A stretch of 64,000 nucleotides of DNA, taken from positions 109,802,001 to 109,866,000 of the forward strand of contig NC_043002.1 in NCBI RefSeq assembly GCF_006345805.1. The letters are read 5' to 3'. This DNA is from Octopus sinensis. Its lineage: Eukaryota. The position numbers were made by a program, and so were the translations under genes. Below, piece after piece: positions 12,330-23,700 of the stretch (within the stretch, counting starts at the first letter, position 1; each line of letters starts with the position of its first letter). Below the pieces are notes generated by a model. It was not told the DNA's origin, ran no database searches, and was given only the letters and a program-made list of their open reading frames with translations.

Positions 12330-12780
12330 GCAAGTTGGAGTAGCTGCTCTTCCTTGTGGCTTCCGCCACGATGTGAGTTCATTTAGTATTTCAAGATAAA
12401 ATATCTGTCCAGACGCTCTTTGAAGACCTCCACTTCTAAATTTCGCAAATCTCTGAGGTTATATAAAAAGATGCAGCACGGAATTTTGTCAGCGAACAGG
12501 TAGCGGTCTCAAAGCAACGAAAATATTTTGACAAATTAAATTTAAATGTTGAAGTGAATCTAACGGATTTTGTGTGTTTCTTAAATGGCTTATAAACACC
12601 TTTCACACTGCAATTGTTTTCGTTCCAGCACACGATCTCAGATCAGGTCACTTGCTATGCAAGTACATCTTCGTAATATATATTTTAAAAAGTCCGAGTA
12701 GCAAAGATCTTAGATTTGATGGAAGGAAGTTCTTGTGAAACACTGTTTACTGTCTTTAGTCTTTCAAACAAGTAACTATT
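12330..12780 (-). pseudogene. CR1-like LINE 3' relic
   Basis: Minus strand gives LRNLEVEVFKERLDRY, typical of the CR1 ORF2 C-terminus; multiple stops. Confidence 0.4.
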
Positions 12781-12817
12781 TAACCAAAATATAATTTACT
12801 TTCCAAGACCTCCGACT

Positions 12818-12876
<59 letters not shown>

Positions 12877-13229
12877 TGGTGTGTGTGTGTGTTTGTTAGC
12901 TTCATACCAGCGACTGTGCGGAATATTTGTGGCAGAGAGGCCCTGGCGAGTGTGTGTGGGGGTCGTGTTAAACAGAGCAAGCAATTCTGCTTACAAAGAA
13001 CTCGGAACTGAAACAATCTGAATCAATACAGTCAGATATTTTGTTCGATGCACTGACAATTTTGCCTTTCTATCGCATTGGACTGATACTATAGTAGAAA
13101 ATACTCGTCAAAGGTGCCTCGCAGTGGGACTGAACCCGGAACAATGCGGTTTGCAAGCAAGCTTCTTACCACACAGCCACGCCTGCGTCTTTGTATGTAT
13201 GTATGTATGTATGTATGTATGTATGTATG

Positions 13230-13462
13230 TATTTCTTTACTACCCACAAGGGGCTAAACACAGAGGGGACAAACAAGGACAGACAAACGGATCAAGTCGA
13301 TTACATCGACCCCAGTGCGTAACTGGTACTTAATTTATCGACCCCGAAAGGATGAAAGGTAAAGTCAACCTCGGCGGAATTTCAACTCAGAACGTAACGG
13401 CAGACGAAATACCGCTAAGCATTTCGCCTGGTGTTTTAACGTTTCTGCCAGTTCACCGCCTT
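13230..13462 (-). mobile_element. SINE family C, monomer
   Basis: Reverse complement of the family C head, core and tail; flanked by (TATG)n. Confidence 0.85.
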
Positions 13463-13794
13463 TGTATGTATGTATGTGTGCATGTTTGTATGTATGTATG
13501 TGTGCATGTTTGTATGTATGTATGTTTGTATGTATGTATGTATGTATTTATGTATGTGTGTATATGTATGTATGTGTATGTATGTATGTGAGTGTGTGTG
13601 TATGTACATATGTATTTATAAGTTTGTATGTGTATATTTATGTGTATGTATGAATGTATGTATGTATATGTGAGTGTATACGCGTGCATGAATGAATACG
13701 TGTGACAAGTGAATGCATGTGTATATTTGCGTATTCGCCTGTATGCAACGCAATTATCTGTGTGTGCGTGTGTGAATGTGTGTGTGTGTGCACA

Positions 13795-13831
<37 letters not shown>

Positions 13832-13929
13832 ACGCTAATTGGCAGACTTGTGTTTAAACGGCGTGTATAAAGTGGTAAACATCTTAACAGTTGGTAATCC
13901 CGGTCAGTGTAAACACTCGTCTGCCTCAT

Positions 13930-14174
13930 CAGTCAGCATTATCATCATCCTCACTCTCATCATCATCATCCTCATCAATATCATTCTCATCATCATCATC
14001 GTCGTCGTCATCATCATCAATATCGCCGTCGTCATCACCACCTCAACCACCACAACCATCATCATCACTATTACCACTACTACCATCCTCATCCCTCTCC
14101 TCTCCTCCCCCTCGTCGCCACCATCGACGTCATCCTCTTCATCATTATCGCCGCCACCGCCATCATCATCATCA

Positions 14175-14206
<32 letters not shown>

Positions 14207-14310
14207 GTCGTCGTCGTCAACATCATGACCATCACTAGCAGTATAACCAACGTCATCCCCCTCGTCCCATCATCACCAGCACCATCAACATCGAGAACGG
14301 CCTCTACTAA
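13930..14310. repeat. Compound (CAT/CGT/CAC)n trinucleotide tract
   Basis: Direct reading. Confidence 0.9.
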
Positions 14311-14494
14311 GTCACTTCATCTGCTAGAAATGTCAGTGAAATCTTCTACAAATCCTTCCGTACAATCTGAAACAGAGAAAGAAACAATTGGTTAATATAG
14401 AGGTCGGCTAGTAAAACAGCTGGGGAGGGTGTGTGTCATGGTCGGATTAATTTTGATTACAGGTTTGTTCTATTAGGGCTGACCAAGGGCTAAA

Positions 14495-14755
14495 TACAGT
14501 TCAATATTTAAGAGATGAGGAATTATGTACATTATTTACATTTGACGGATATTTCTCCTCATCTTGTTTGTTGTTAACACACCGTTTCGGCTGATATACC
14601 TTCCAGCCTTCATCGGGTGTCTTGGAGAAATTTCGAACCTGGGTTCTCATTCCTAAGGCATTTTTCGATCTTCTTCTTCTTCTTCTTCCGGTCACTGCCC
14701 GGAATCGAACTTGGAATCTTGGGATCAGTTGCTCGCGCTCTTAACCACTGCGCCA
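14495..14755 (-). mobile_element. Composite SINE (tRNA head, (GAA)n, hammerhead-type tail), copy 1
   Basis: A-box tggcgcagtgg, B-box gttcgattcc; tail homologous to 14960-15112; its hammerhead core is mutated (CCGAUGA...GAAACGGU). Confidence 0.7.
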
Positions 14756-14756
14756 C

Positions 14757-14836
14757 GGGCATATGGCGTGGTGGTTAAGAGCGCGGGCTACTAGCTCCGA
14801 GATTCCGAGTTCGATTCCAGGCACTGACCTGGATGA

Positions 14837-14877
<41 letters not shown>

Positions 14878-14940
14878 ATAATAATAATACTAAAGATGAT
14901 AATGATAATGATAATGATGATGATGATGACGATGATGATG

Positions 14941-14973
<33 letters not shown>

Positions 14974-15112
14974 TCGAAAAATACCTTAGGAATGAGAACC
15001 CAAGTTCGAAATTTCCCCCAAGACACCTGATGAAGGCTGGAGGGTATACCAGCCGAAATGTTGTGTTAACAACAAACAAAAGGAGGATAAATATCCGTCG
15101 AATGTAAATAAT
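14757..15112 (+). mobile_element. Composite SINE (tRNA head, (ACT/AAT/GAT)n, hammerhead-type tail), copy 2
   Basis: A-box tggcgtggtgg, B-box gttcgattcc; same tail as copy 1. Confidence 0.7.
15022..15067 (+). ncRNA. Minimal type I hammerhead ribozyme motif
   Basis: GACAC-CUGAUGA-A-GGCUGG(AGGGUAUA)CCAGCC-GAAAU-GUU-GUGUU: stems I (5 bp) and II (6 bp) pair; core intact; stem III has a U.G wobble. Confidence 0.65.
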
Positions 15113-15339
15113 GAAGAACTAAATAGCTACAATAACAGCAATAATTCCCTTACCAGCCAACGGGGGATAATCTAAGTGGTCTCTCGACATGCAAGAAATA
15201 GTAAACAGATCTCGCTCAGCCACCACCCCGCAATCTGAAATTAGAAATGGCGACATTACACACTGCAGTCCTTTACACCTGTTGTCTGGCCATGGCTTCA
15301 GTGCTTTTGATCAGCTCTGTTCTCGGGCTAAGCAATACC

Positions 15340-15647
15340 AGCACCGCCGCCGCCACCACCACCACCACCACCACCACTACTTCTGCCAGCACCGCCGCCA
15401 CGATAGCCACCGCCGCTACAGCCACGACGACGATGACGATGATAACCACCACCACTACTATCACCACCGCCGCCGGAACCGCCGCCACCACCACCACTAG
15501 CACCACCACAACTACTTCCGCCACCGACGCCGCCACAACAGCCACCACCACCGCCGCTACAGCCACGACGACGACGACCACTGCCACCTCAACGCCGCCG
15601 CTGCCGCCGCCGCTACCGCTACCGCCGCCGCCGCTGCCGCCGCCGCC
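15340..15647. repeat. (ACC/GCC/ACG)n trinucleotide tract
   Basis: Direct reading; abuts the outer breakpoint of the large inverted repeat. Confidence 0.9.
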
Positions 15648-15877
15648 GCTGTACTCTTTCACCACAACTTTCTCTTACTTCCTGTTTCAGTTGTACCTGT
15701 ATTTCAAAGGGCCGCCCTTGTCACTTTCTGTGTCACGCTGAATATCCCCGAGAACTACGTTAAGGGTACACGTGTCTGTGGAGTGCTCAGCCACTTTCAC
15801 GTTAATTTCACGAGCAGGCTGTTCCGTTGATCGGATCAACCGGAACCCTCGTCGTCGTAACCGACGGAGTGCTTCCA
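15648..15877 (+). mobile_element. SINE family B, 5'-truncated at the duplication breakpoint
   Basis: Matches the 3' part of the intact copy at 27829-28206. Confidence 0.85.
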
Positions 15878-15925
15878 CATTAATATTGAATGACATAAAA
15901 CTCCCAGCCAGTCTTGATGCAGCAG

Positions 15926-16350
15926 AAGGCGGCGAGCTGGCAGAACTGTTAGCACGCCGAGCGAAATGCCTAGTGGTATTTCGTCTGCCGTTACGTTCTG
16001 AGTTCAAATTCCGCCGAGGTCGACTTTGCCTTCCATCCTTTCGGGGTCGATTTAAATAAGTACCAGTTACGCAGTGGGGTCGATGTAATCGACTTAGTCC
16101 GTTTGTCTGTCCTTGTTTGTCCTCTCTGTGTTTAGCCCCTGGTGGGTAGTAAAGAAATAGGTATTTCGTCTGCCGTTACGTTCTCAGTTCAAATTCCGCC
16201 GAGGTCGACTTTGCCTTTCATCCTTTCGGGGTCGATAAATTAAGTACCAGTTATGCACTGGGGTCGATGTAATCGACTTAATCCCTTTGTCTGTCCTTAT
16301 TTGTCCCCTCTATGTTTACCCCCTTGTGGGCAATAAAGAAATAAGAAAGA
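15926..16350 (+). mobile_element. SINE family C, dimer
   Basis: Two 3' units joined at aaagaaata|ggtatttcgtc. Confidence 0.85.
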
Positions 16351-16793
16351 CTGCTGACCTATGCTGCCTTAAGGCATGGACACATTAGGCAGTTGCCAGG
16401 GGGCCTCACAGGTCAAGGGGCCCAATTCAGATCTCTGTATTCTGTGGTTTGTTGCTAATAAGTATATAGTATAGACCTTGTGTATTGATTTGCCCGGGAA
16501 CCAATAATGCGGCTTCGACAGCCCTGCTAATGATCAAGTGTGTTCCAGCTGTGGCCATCTTTTTCCTTTTGTTTAGATATAATGTGCGGTATCCATATAC
16601 GAACGGTTCTCTAAATGAATAAATTCAATAGTGAACGGTTTTTCCGGAGAAAATTAAAGTGGCAGGACAATCTAAAATTTGATCAACGAATTACGAGCAG
16701 ACTACGCACGCGTTAAGTAACTACGAGCCTTCGCTTAACCGAGCCGAAATTTGAGCAACGAACTGTAAATAGACTATGTACACGTATATATGA

Positions 16794-17028
16794 TACTCTC
16801 TCTTTTACTCTTTTACTTGTTTCAGTCATTTGAGAGCGGCCATGCTGGAGCACCGCCTTTAATCGAGCATCTCGACCCCAGGACTTATTCTTTTGTAAGC
16901 CCAGTACTTATTCTATCGGTCTCTTTTGCGGAACCGCTAAGTAACGGGGACATAAACACACCAGCATCGGTTGTCAAGCAATGCTAGGGGGACAAACACA
17001 GACACACGAACACACACACACACACACA

Positions 17029-17072
<44 letters not shown>

Positions 17073-17243
17073 TAATACGACGGGCTTCTTTCAGTTTCCG
17101 TCTACCAAATCCACTCACAAGGCTTTGGTCGGCCCGAGGCTATAGTAGAAGACACTTGCCCAAGGTGCCACGCAGTGGGACTGAACCCGGAACCATGTGG
17201 TTGGTAGACAAGCTACTTACCACACAGCCACTCCTGCGCCTAT
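16794..17243 (-). mobile_element. SINE family A (left arm)
   Basis: Full length; mirrored at 26634-27094. Confidence 0.9.
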
Positions 17244-17540
17244 GATGGGAGAGCATATACGAATGTTTCATTAACATCCGTATACGGATTTCATATCGTT
17301 GGTATTTTTCATATTTTATATCCAAAATAACAACATTCTCATATTTTTTGCTAAAAACAATATTCATCTACAGAAGCAAGACAAAGGGGAAGACGCATGC
17401 GCACGCGAGCACACACAGAGTCGTATATCTATGTATGTATTTATGTATGTATGTATGTACCTACACGTGTCTACGTGAATAGGTACATGATCTATACATA
17501 CGCAGACGAGTGTCGATTCAAATGATATGTTATATATATA

Positions 17541-17775
17541 TTAGAAGAAATAAGGTACTCAGAAATCTGGATGGTTTTATATTTACAGATTTATTAATAT
17601 GTCACATGTTTTTACAAATCATATATATATAGCGCTTGCATCTACTCTGGTGGATTCTTCAAATTCTACTAGAGTAGATGCAAGTGCTAATATATGATTT
17701 ATAAAAACATGTGACATTAATAAAAATCTGTAAATATAAAACCATCCAGATTTTTGAGTACCTTATTTCTTCTAA
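17541..17775. repeat. Near-perfect ~235-bp palindrome (~107-bp arms, ~22-nt loop)
   Basis: ttagaagaaataaggtactc...gcatctactct / agagtagatgc...gagtaccttatttcttctaa; mirrored at 26097-26333. Confidence 0.9.
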
Positions 17776-17807
17776 TATATAATACCTGTACATCACCTCC
17801 AAACCTT

Positions 17808-17853
<46 letters not shown>

Positions 17854-17960
17854 ATTTAAAATTAAGCATAAAATCTTTATAAGAAATTATCAGTAGTAGT
17901 TAGGTTTTTCACGCTAACTACTGATAATTTCTTATAAAGATTTTATCCTTAATTTTAAAT
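17854..17960. repeat. ~107-bp AT-rich hairpin (~45-bp stem, 10-nt loop)
   Basis: ataaaatctttataagaaattatcagtagt...tag-gtttttcacg-ctaactactgataatttcttataaagattttat; mirrored at 25920-26025. Confidence 0.9.
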
Positions 17961-18085
17961 TTATATTTTACACCGGAATAGTTCAATACTGAATTTTTGT
18001 TCCGAATAGGCAGATTGTTACCGAAATGCATTGCGAATAAGCCCGCCATTTTCATAGATATGTAAAGATAAACATTCGTACATGC

Positions 18086-18102
18086 TACGACGAATTCTAC
18101 GG
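18086..18102 (+). other. Empty (pre-insertion) LINE target site
   Basis: A single tacgacgaattctacgg, the reverse complement of the TSD flanking the LINE. Confidence 0.95.
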
Positions 18103-18589
18103 TTGGCTGTCGGGTATGTTATATTGTGTTTTTTCCTTGCATGTCTTGAGTTCGTAGTACCCTCTATATAATATAAATATATATATATATATATTTATGT
18201 ATATATATATATATATATGGGGGGGTTGTATGTCTGTATGTATGTATATATATATATATATATATAAATTCAAATAGAGTTTAAAACAACTTCATTAACG
18301 GATAAAAAAATATGTAATGAATTACTGGTTTGTTGCCTATTATTTTTTTGTGAATAGTAATATTCTTAAAATAGTGGGTTTAGTTATAAATCTTGGTTTA
18401 TAAATGTTGAGATGTTTTGAAAGAATAACATCTAATAACCTAACGGTATGCATGCATGCATGCATGCATACATACATACATACATACATACATACATACA
18501 TAGTGATGGACTGTCCTGACACAGACGACAGATGAGGTCCTGCAACTTCTCGCCGAACAACCTACACTGATGATTTTTTGATAAGGATT

Positions 18590-18810
18590 AGATGTTTATG
18601 CTGCACAATAGCTGACTCCCTTCCATCAAATCGACGTTGCCTGGACACTTGCGCAAGAGCACCGCACCGCAGGAGTGGAAGCGATTGCAGATCAACGTGA
18701 AATGAGATATCTTGCTCAAGAGCACAGCCGCACCCATTGCTCCAGGAGTCGTAACCTTGATCATGCGAGCTTGAACTCAACACTCTAACCATTCGGCCAC
18801 ATATCTTCGA
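18590..18810 (-). mobile_element. SINE family D
   Basis: Head gtggccgaatggttagag, core ttgagcaagatatctcatttcacgttg. Confidence 0.6.
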
Positions 18811-19002
18811 AACGTGGAGTAGTTGAAACAGGGACAACTGAAGAAGGGGAATATTCTTTGTCGTATGTCTCGTTTCTCATTGTGTTCAACGTTTTTTTTT
18901 TTTAATGTCCTGTACCCATATATGTATACATATAAGCGTAGGTATGTATATATATGTATATATGTCTATATTTATATATTTTTATATTATTATTTATATA
19001 TG

Positions 19003-19037
<35 letters not shown>

Positions 19038-19039
19038 TA

Positions 19040-19330
19040 CAAAATAATTTCTTTTCCTCAACAGGCCTTGCCCTATTTAACATCGTCCCGAAAGAGATCA
19101 AAGAGGAACAGGATCCCATCAACTTTAAACGGAGTCTGGATATTCTCCTTCAAGGAATACCAGATAAGCCACCCATTATTGGATACAACTCACCCACAAA
19201 AACTCACTACTTGAATGGACCATAAACAAAACTTGACTTAAACAGGATTCAAATAATCCTATCAGGTGGTGCTATTAAGTTAGACATGGCCTGGACCAAT
19301 CATTGGTCGAAACATATCTAAGTTTATCTA
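19040..19330 (+). pseudogene. CR1-like LINE 3' fragment in the palindrome spacer
   Basis: Encodes FFSSTGLALFNIVPKEIKEEQDPINFKRSLDILLQGIPDKP, typical of a CR1-group ORF2 C-terminus. Confidence 0.55.
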
Positions 19331-20179
19331 AGTTTATATATGCTTGTGTGTGTGTACAGTGATGGATTCAAATATTTTGTTTATTTATGACTTGGCTTTT
19401 AATTTCATCGGACAATAAATACCTATAATAGTAATAAATAAATAAATGAATAAATAAATAAATTCTTTAATCGAACTTTAAAATGTCCCGATAAGCAAAT
19501 GGTCTTATTATTAATATCCTACGACGAACTACAGTGCGTTTCATTCGCCCGCCATCATTGAAAGACGTTGAAAACTCTTATCAAATTCTATGCAATATTT
19601 TATCAAGTCTACTTTCAGCTGTCATCTGCTTAAGCTTCTAATCCTGTTTTAGTCAAACACTTACAAAGCTTAATTCAATTAAAAAAGCTTGGGTAAGTAA
19701 CGCATTGTAAGCCACACTGTTATTCGCCAGAAAATTTATCTACGTGCAGGGCGCGCATCATCCCCCCCCCCGACGTCTTTTCTTTCATTGTTATTGTAAT
19801 TGTTGTCGTTGTAGTTCTTGTTGTTACTTTTAGCGGTGGTGGTGGTATTGGCGGCGGCAGCGGTGGCGGCGGCAGCGGCAGCGGCGGTCGCCGCTGCCCC
19901 GCCGCTGTCGCCGCCGATACCACCACATATGTATGTATGTATGTATGCATGCATACCGTTAGGTTATTAGATGTTATTCTTTCAAAACATCTCAACATTT
20001 ATAAACCAAGATTTATAACTAAACCCACTATTTTAAGAATATTACTATTCACAAAAAAATAATAGGCAACAAACCGGTAATTCATTACATATTTTTTTTA
20101 TCCGTTAATGAAGTTGTTTTAAACTCTATTTGAATTTATATATATATATATATATACATACATACAGACATACAACCCC

Positions 20180-20224
<45 letters not shown>

Positions 20225-20495
20225 CATACATAAATATATATATATATTTATATTATATAGAGGGTACTATTATTCATAGGTACCGCACGCTAGGAGGGAC
20301 ACTTGCAGTCAAAACTACTAAAATAAACAAATTGTACCGAATGCAAAACTTCAAAGCGAGTCATTTAAAAACAGAATTTAGTTACATATCACCTGTGATT
20401 TCACAATCAATGCAGAATATGCATTCTATGCTCTTCAGTGCAACGAACTCAAGACATGCAAGGAAAAAACACAATATAACATACCCGACAGCCAA

Positions 20496-20512
20496 CCGTA
20501 GAATTCGTCGTA
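20496..20512 (+). repeat. LINE target-site duplication, 3' side
   Basis: ccgtagaattcgtcgta, identical at 25778-25794. Confidence 0.95.
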
Positions 20513-20741
20513 ATTTCTTTATTATGATTATATAATCTTACACATAGAATTACAATTACAAAACAAACATGTAAAACAAATAATTAAGAGGTTCGCTTTA
20601 AAAAAATTTTTTTTTTTATAACATTTATATTAAAAATTCGTCTCTAAATTGTCCTTTGTATAACCAGTCGCATCTTATCACAGTTCAAACCCCGGCAATT
20701 TACAAGCCCCGCAGCTTTTATTTCCTCTCCTCCCTCCATAG

Positions 20742-23700
20742 TTAAGCTGGGTTTCTAACACCCACCTTTCTTTCCACTTCCTTCCATCTTTTATCATACA
20801 CTCCCCGTGGTAAGCTCCTCTTCTCCAGCCCCATTTTGCTCCTCAGATGATATCTGAAGTAAGTGAGCAAGCCGGGGCCGGAGACAAAGGTTCCTATCGC
20901 GACTCCTTCCATTCTTGTTCTCCACATGCATTCTTTTACTACTGCAACCGTACAGTGAAAACATGCCTCACCTTCCTTCGAGAGTCCAGTTGGCGGTATC
21001 ATCTTAATCATAGACTCAGCCGACAGCTGTACTCGTCCTAGATGCGATAACACGTGTTCTGCGTAACTTATCAAGTCTGACAACTTCCGACAGTGTACAA
21101 AGGCGTGCTGGACGGTTTCGTCGTCCAACTCGCACCTTGGACACGTCGGTGGCACTGGAATTCCGTGCCGCGATAACTTCTCGCGAACAGGTAGAGCGTT
21201 CCTATAGCACTGCCAGGCCAGGGATCTTTGGAAATTATCCAAGTACCCCGTCCTGAAAGTCTTTTTAAACAGGTTGGTAAGCTGGTCTTCGTCAAACCCC
21301 AGAGCCCCTCCTAGGACGTCGTCGTTTTTTGCCTCTACCAGCCTTCTATAAAATACCGAGGTGGTATTTCCGCAGCCGGCCTTGCCCGCCTTGTGGATCA
21401 GCGTGAGTGCCTGTCGGCACTCCCTTTGCCACAAAGTCAGTTTCCGTCTTTTGATGCGACCGGGTTTAAAATCCGTTAAGGAGGCCGGTCTCGGGAAAAA
21501 TTTCCCTGCCAGCGGACTCCACACCTTATCACCCTCCAGGTGGTGCCAGAGATGCTTCAGCCTCAACGCATGTCTGCGCATCATCAGCCAAGGCATTCCT
21601 AACCCACCCTTTAACGGTTCCTGGCAGCAAACGGAGCGCCTCACAAGTGGCTTTCCTCCCTTCCACAAAAAGCGGAAAAGGATTCGCTCCAACTTGTTAA
21701 GCCATGAACCGGGGCAAGGGACAACGGTCAGGCGGTAAGTGATTACAGATGCAATGAACATCTGCACCACCTCCGCCCTTCCTTTCAAGGACAGAGACCT
21801 TCCGGACCAGGTCCGTACTATGGCCTCCACCTTGCTCGTCACCTCACTCCAGTTCCTCTCCGTTTGGGAGTCTGGCCCAAACCAGACTCCTAGCAACTTA
21901 ACAGGGCCATCCGTCCAGTGTCCCACGACGCTGGACGATATCGACTTGCTCCTCCAGGTGCCGAGGCGCAAGCCGACCGACTTGTCCTTGTTAACCTTTG
22001 CTCCTGCCACCGCCTCGTATCCTCTGATAGCCTCTTCCACACAAGGTAGCTGGGCCTCATTGGACACGATGAGGGTGACGTCATCCGCGTAAGCAGTAAC
22101 CGACCTCCCACCTCCGATCACATTCGAGTTGCTCCCCAGCCTCTCCAACTTTCGCAGCAATGGCTCAAGAGCCAACACGTACAAAAGTGGTGACAAGGGG
22201 CACCCTTGACGAACTGAACATTCAATCGAAAACGGTTCCGTTAGGTAACCGTTTATCTGGACGGTGGACTTGATGCCGCTATACATAGCGGAGATCCACC
22301 CGCGAAATTCAGGGCCCAGTCCAGCCGCTTCGAGGACCGTCGCCAGGTACTCATGGTCTACCCTATCGAAGGCTTTACTTTGGTCTAAATGGACCATTAC
22401 CCCTCCCTTGCCGGTTAATTTACCCACCCTGTCTAAGGTGTAGCGTATAAGGTGAAGATTGTCCTGGATCGACCTGCCTGGAATTGCACATGTCTGTGCT
22501 CTCCCTACAAGTTTCTCCACGACAACCGTCAACCTTTTTGCCAACACCTTGGCCAAAATCTTTAACTCTACATTAAGTAGAGTTATGGGCCTGTAGTTAC
22601 TAATGATATCCCCCTTGCTCGGGTCTTTATGGATTAGCGTCACCACTCCCCGGCTTACAGAACTGGGAATTCTCCCATTCTGCTGCCAGTTCGTGTAGAC
22701 GCCTGCCAATATTCCCCCGAACAAGTCCGGCATACTTTGGTAAAACTCGTAGGGCAGACCATCCAACCCCGGCGACTTCTCCCCGGCGCATCCGGCCAGT
22801 ATCCCCTCTATCTCCGCGGGAGTGATCGCTCCTTCACAGCACTCCGCCTCACGCCCCGAGAGCCGCGGTCCGCCGGCCAGGAAGTCCTTTAAGGTCCTTC
22901 CCCGCTCCGGCGCCACACCACCCCCGAACACGCGGGCGAAATGCTGGTGAAGAAACTTTTGCATCTCCTCCTGTCCATAGATCTTTTGTCCCTGTTCGTC
23001 AGTCAAAGATTTGATTGAGGCTTTGTTGCCTCTCTGACTCTCCACACGGCGGGCCCATCCGGCCACGTTAATACCTTCTCGTTTCCCAGCGCGTAGCTTA
23101 GCTCTGACTCTGCAACCTTCGTGTTTGGAGTTAAGGTGACGGTACAATACCGTCCTTGCCGCCAACACTCCGGATGCAGAGCCAGCTTCCATTGCCTCGT
23201 CTAGATTCTTAACTAAATCGCCCTCTAGACTAGCCCTATCTATCCTTAGCTGATTGCTAAATCTAACGGACTCTGCACGAATGGCTCTTTTGAGGGAGTG
23301 CCACCATCTATTGTTAATGATGGCGCCACACAATGCCCTCTGTACTAATACCTTAATCCGGGTACGGAAGTCTTCACAATTCAAAATAGCCTTGTTCAGC
23401 TTCCAGTACCCGGGTCCTTGTCTATGACACTTGTCCAACTGCATCTCACACGTCACAAATTTGTGATCCGAGTAAGGCACAATGTGGAACTGTGGACAAC
23501 TAAACGTGTCCTTATCTCTTTTCTTAATAAATATCCTATCTAAATACGATCTGCGTGAGCCGTCGTTGTTACTCCACGTCCACTGTGGAACGCTCGGCTC
23601 ATCCAGTCGGTAACGGTCTACTAGATCAAAGCTCTCTAGTAGACCCTTGAGGCTAGGGTTCCCCTTCCTATTGGTTGAGCCAACACTGTCGACCCGCGCT

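Larger units (their letters stand above)
15648..18502 (+). repeat. Left arm of large inverted duplication
   Basis: Reverse complement of 19927-28058 minus the LINE; identical ORF translations 15772-16059/27647-27934 and 16790-16987/26901-27098. Confidence 0.95.

Noticed and set aside
13848-13936. Minus-strand CUGAUGA followed by a GGCAGAC/GUCUGCC stem
   Set aside because: No GAAA core after the stem; just an ~85-bp hairpin.
14576-14621. Active hammerhead in composite SINE copy 1
   Set aside because: Core changes (U4 to C and loss of the NUH uridine) predict inactivity.
14757-14830. tRNA genes at SINE heads (families A, B, D and the composite)
   Set aside because: A/B boxes are present but there is no complete cloverleaf or acceptor stem, and each runs into SINE body.
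13839-15741. Poly-S/T/H/V ORFs (also at 28613-29045 and 49897-51176)
   Set aside because: Trinucleotide tracts are stop-free by composition; no splice or domain evidence.
20847-22111. Antisense and alternative-frame ORFs within LINE ORF2
   Set aside because: Shadow ORFs of a GC-rich coding sequence with no independent motifs.
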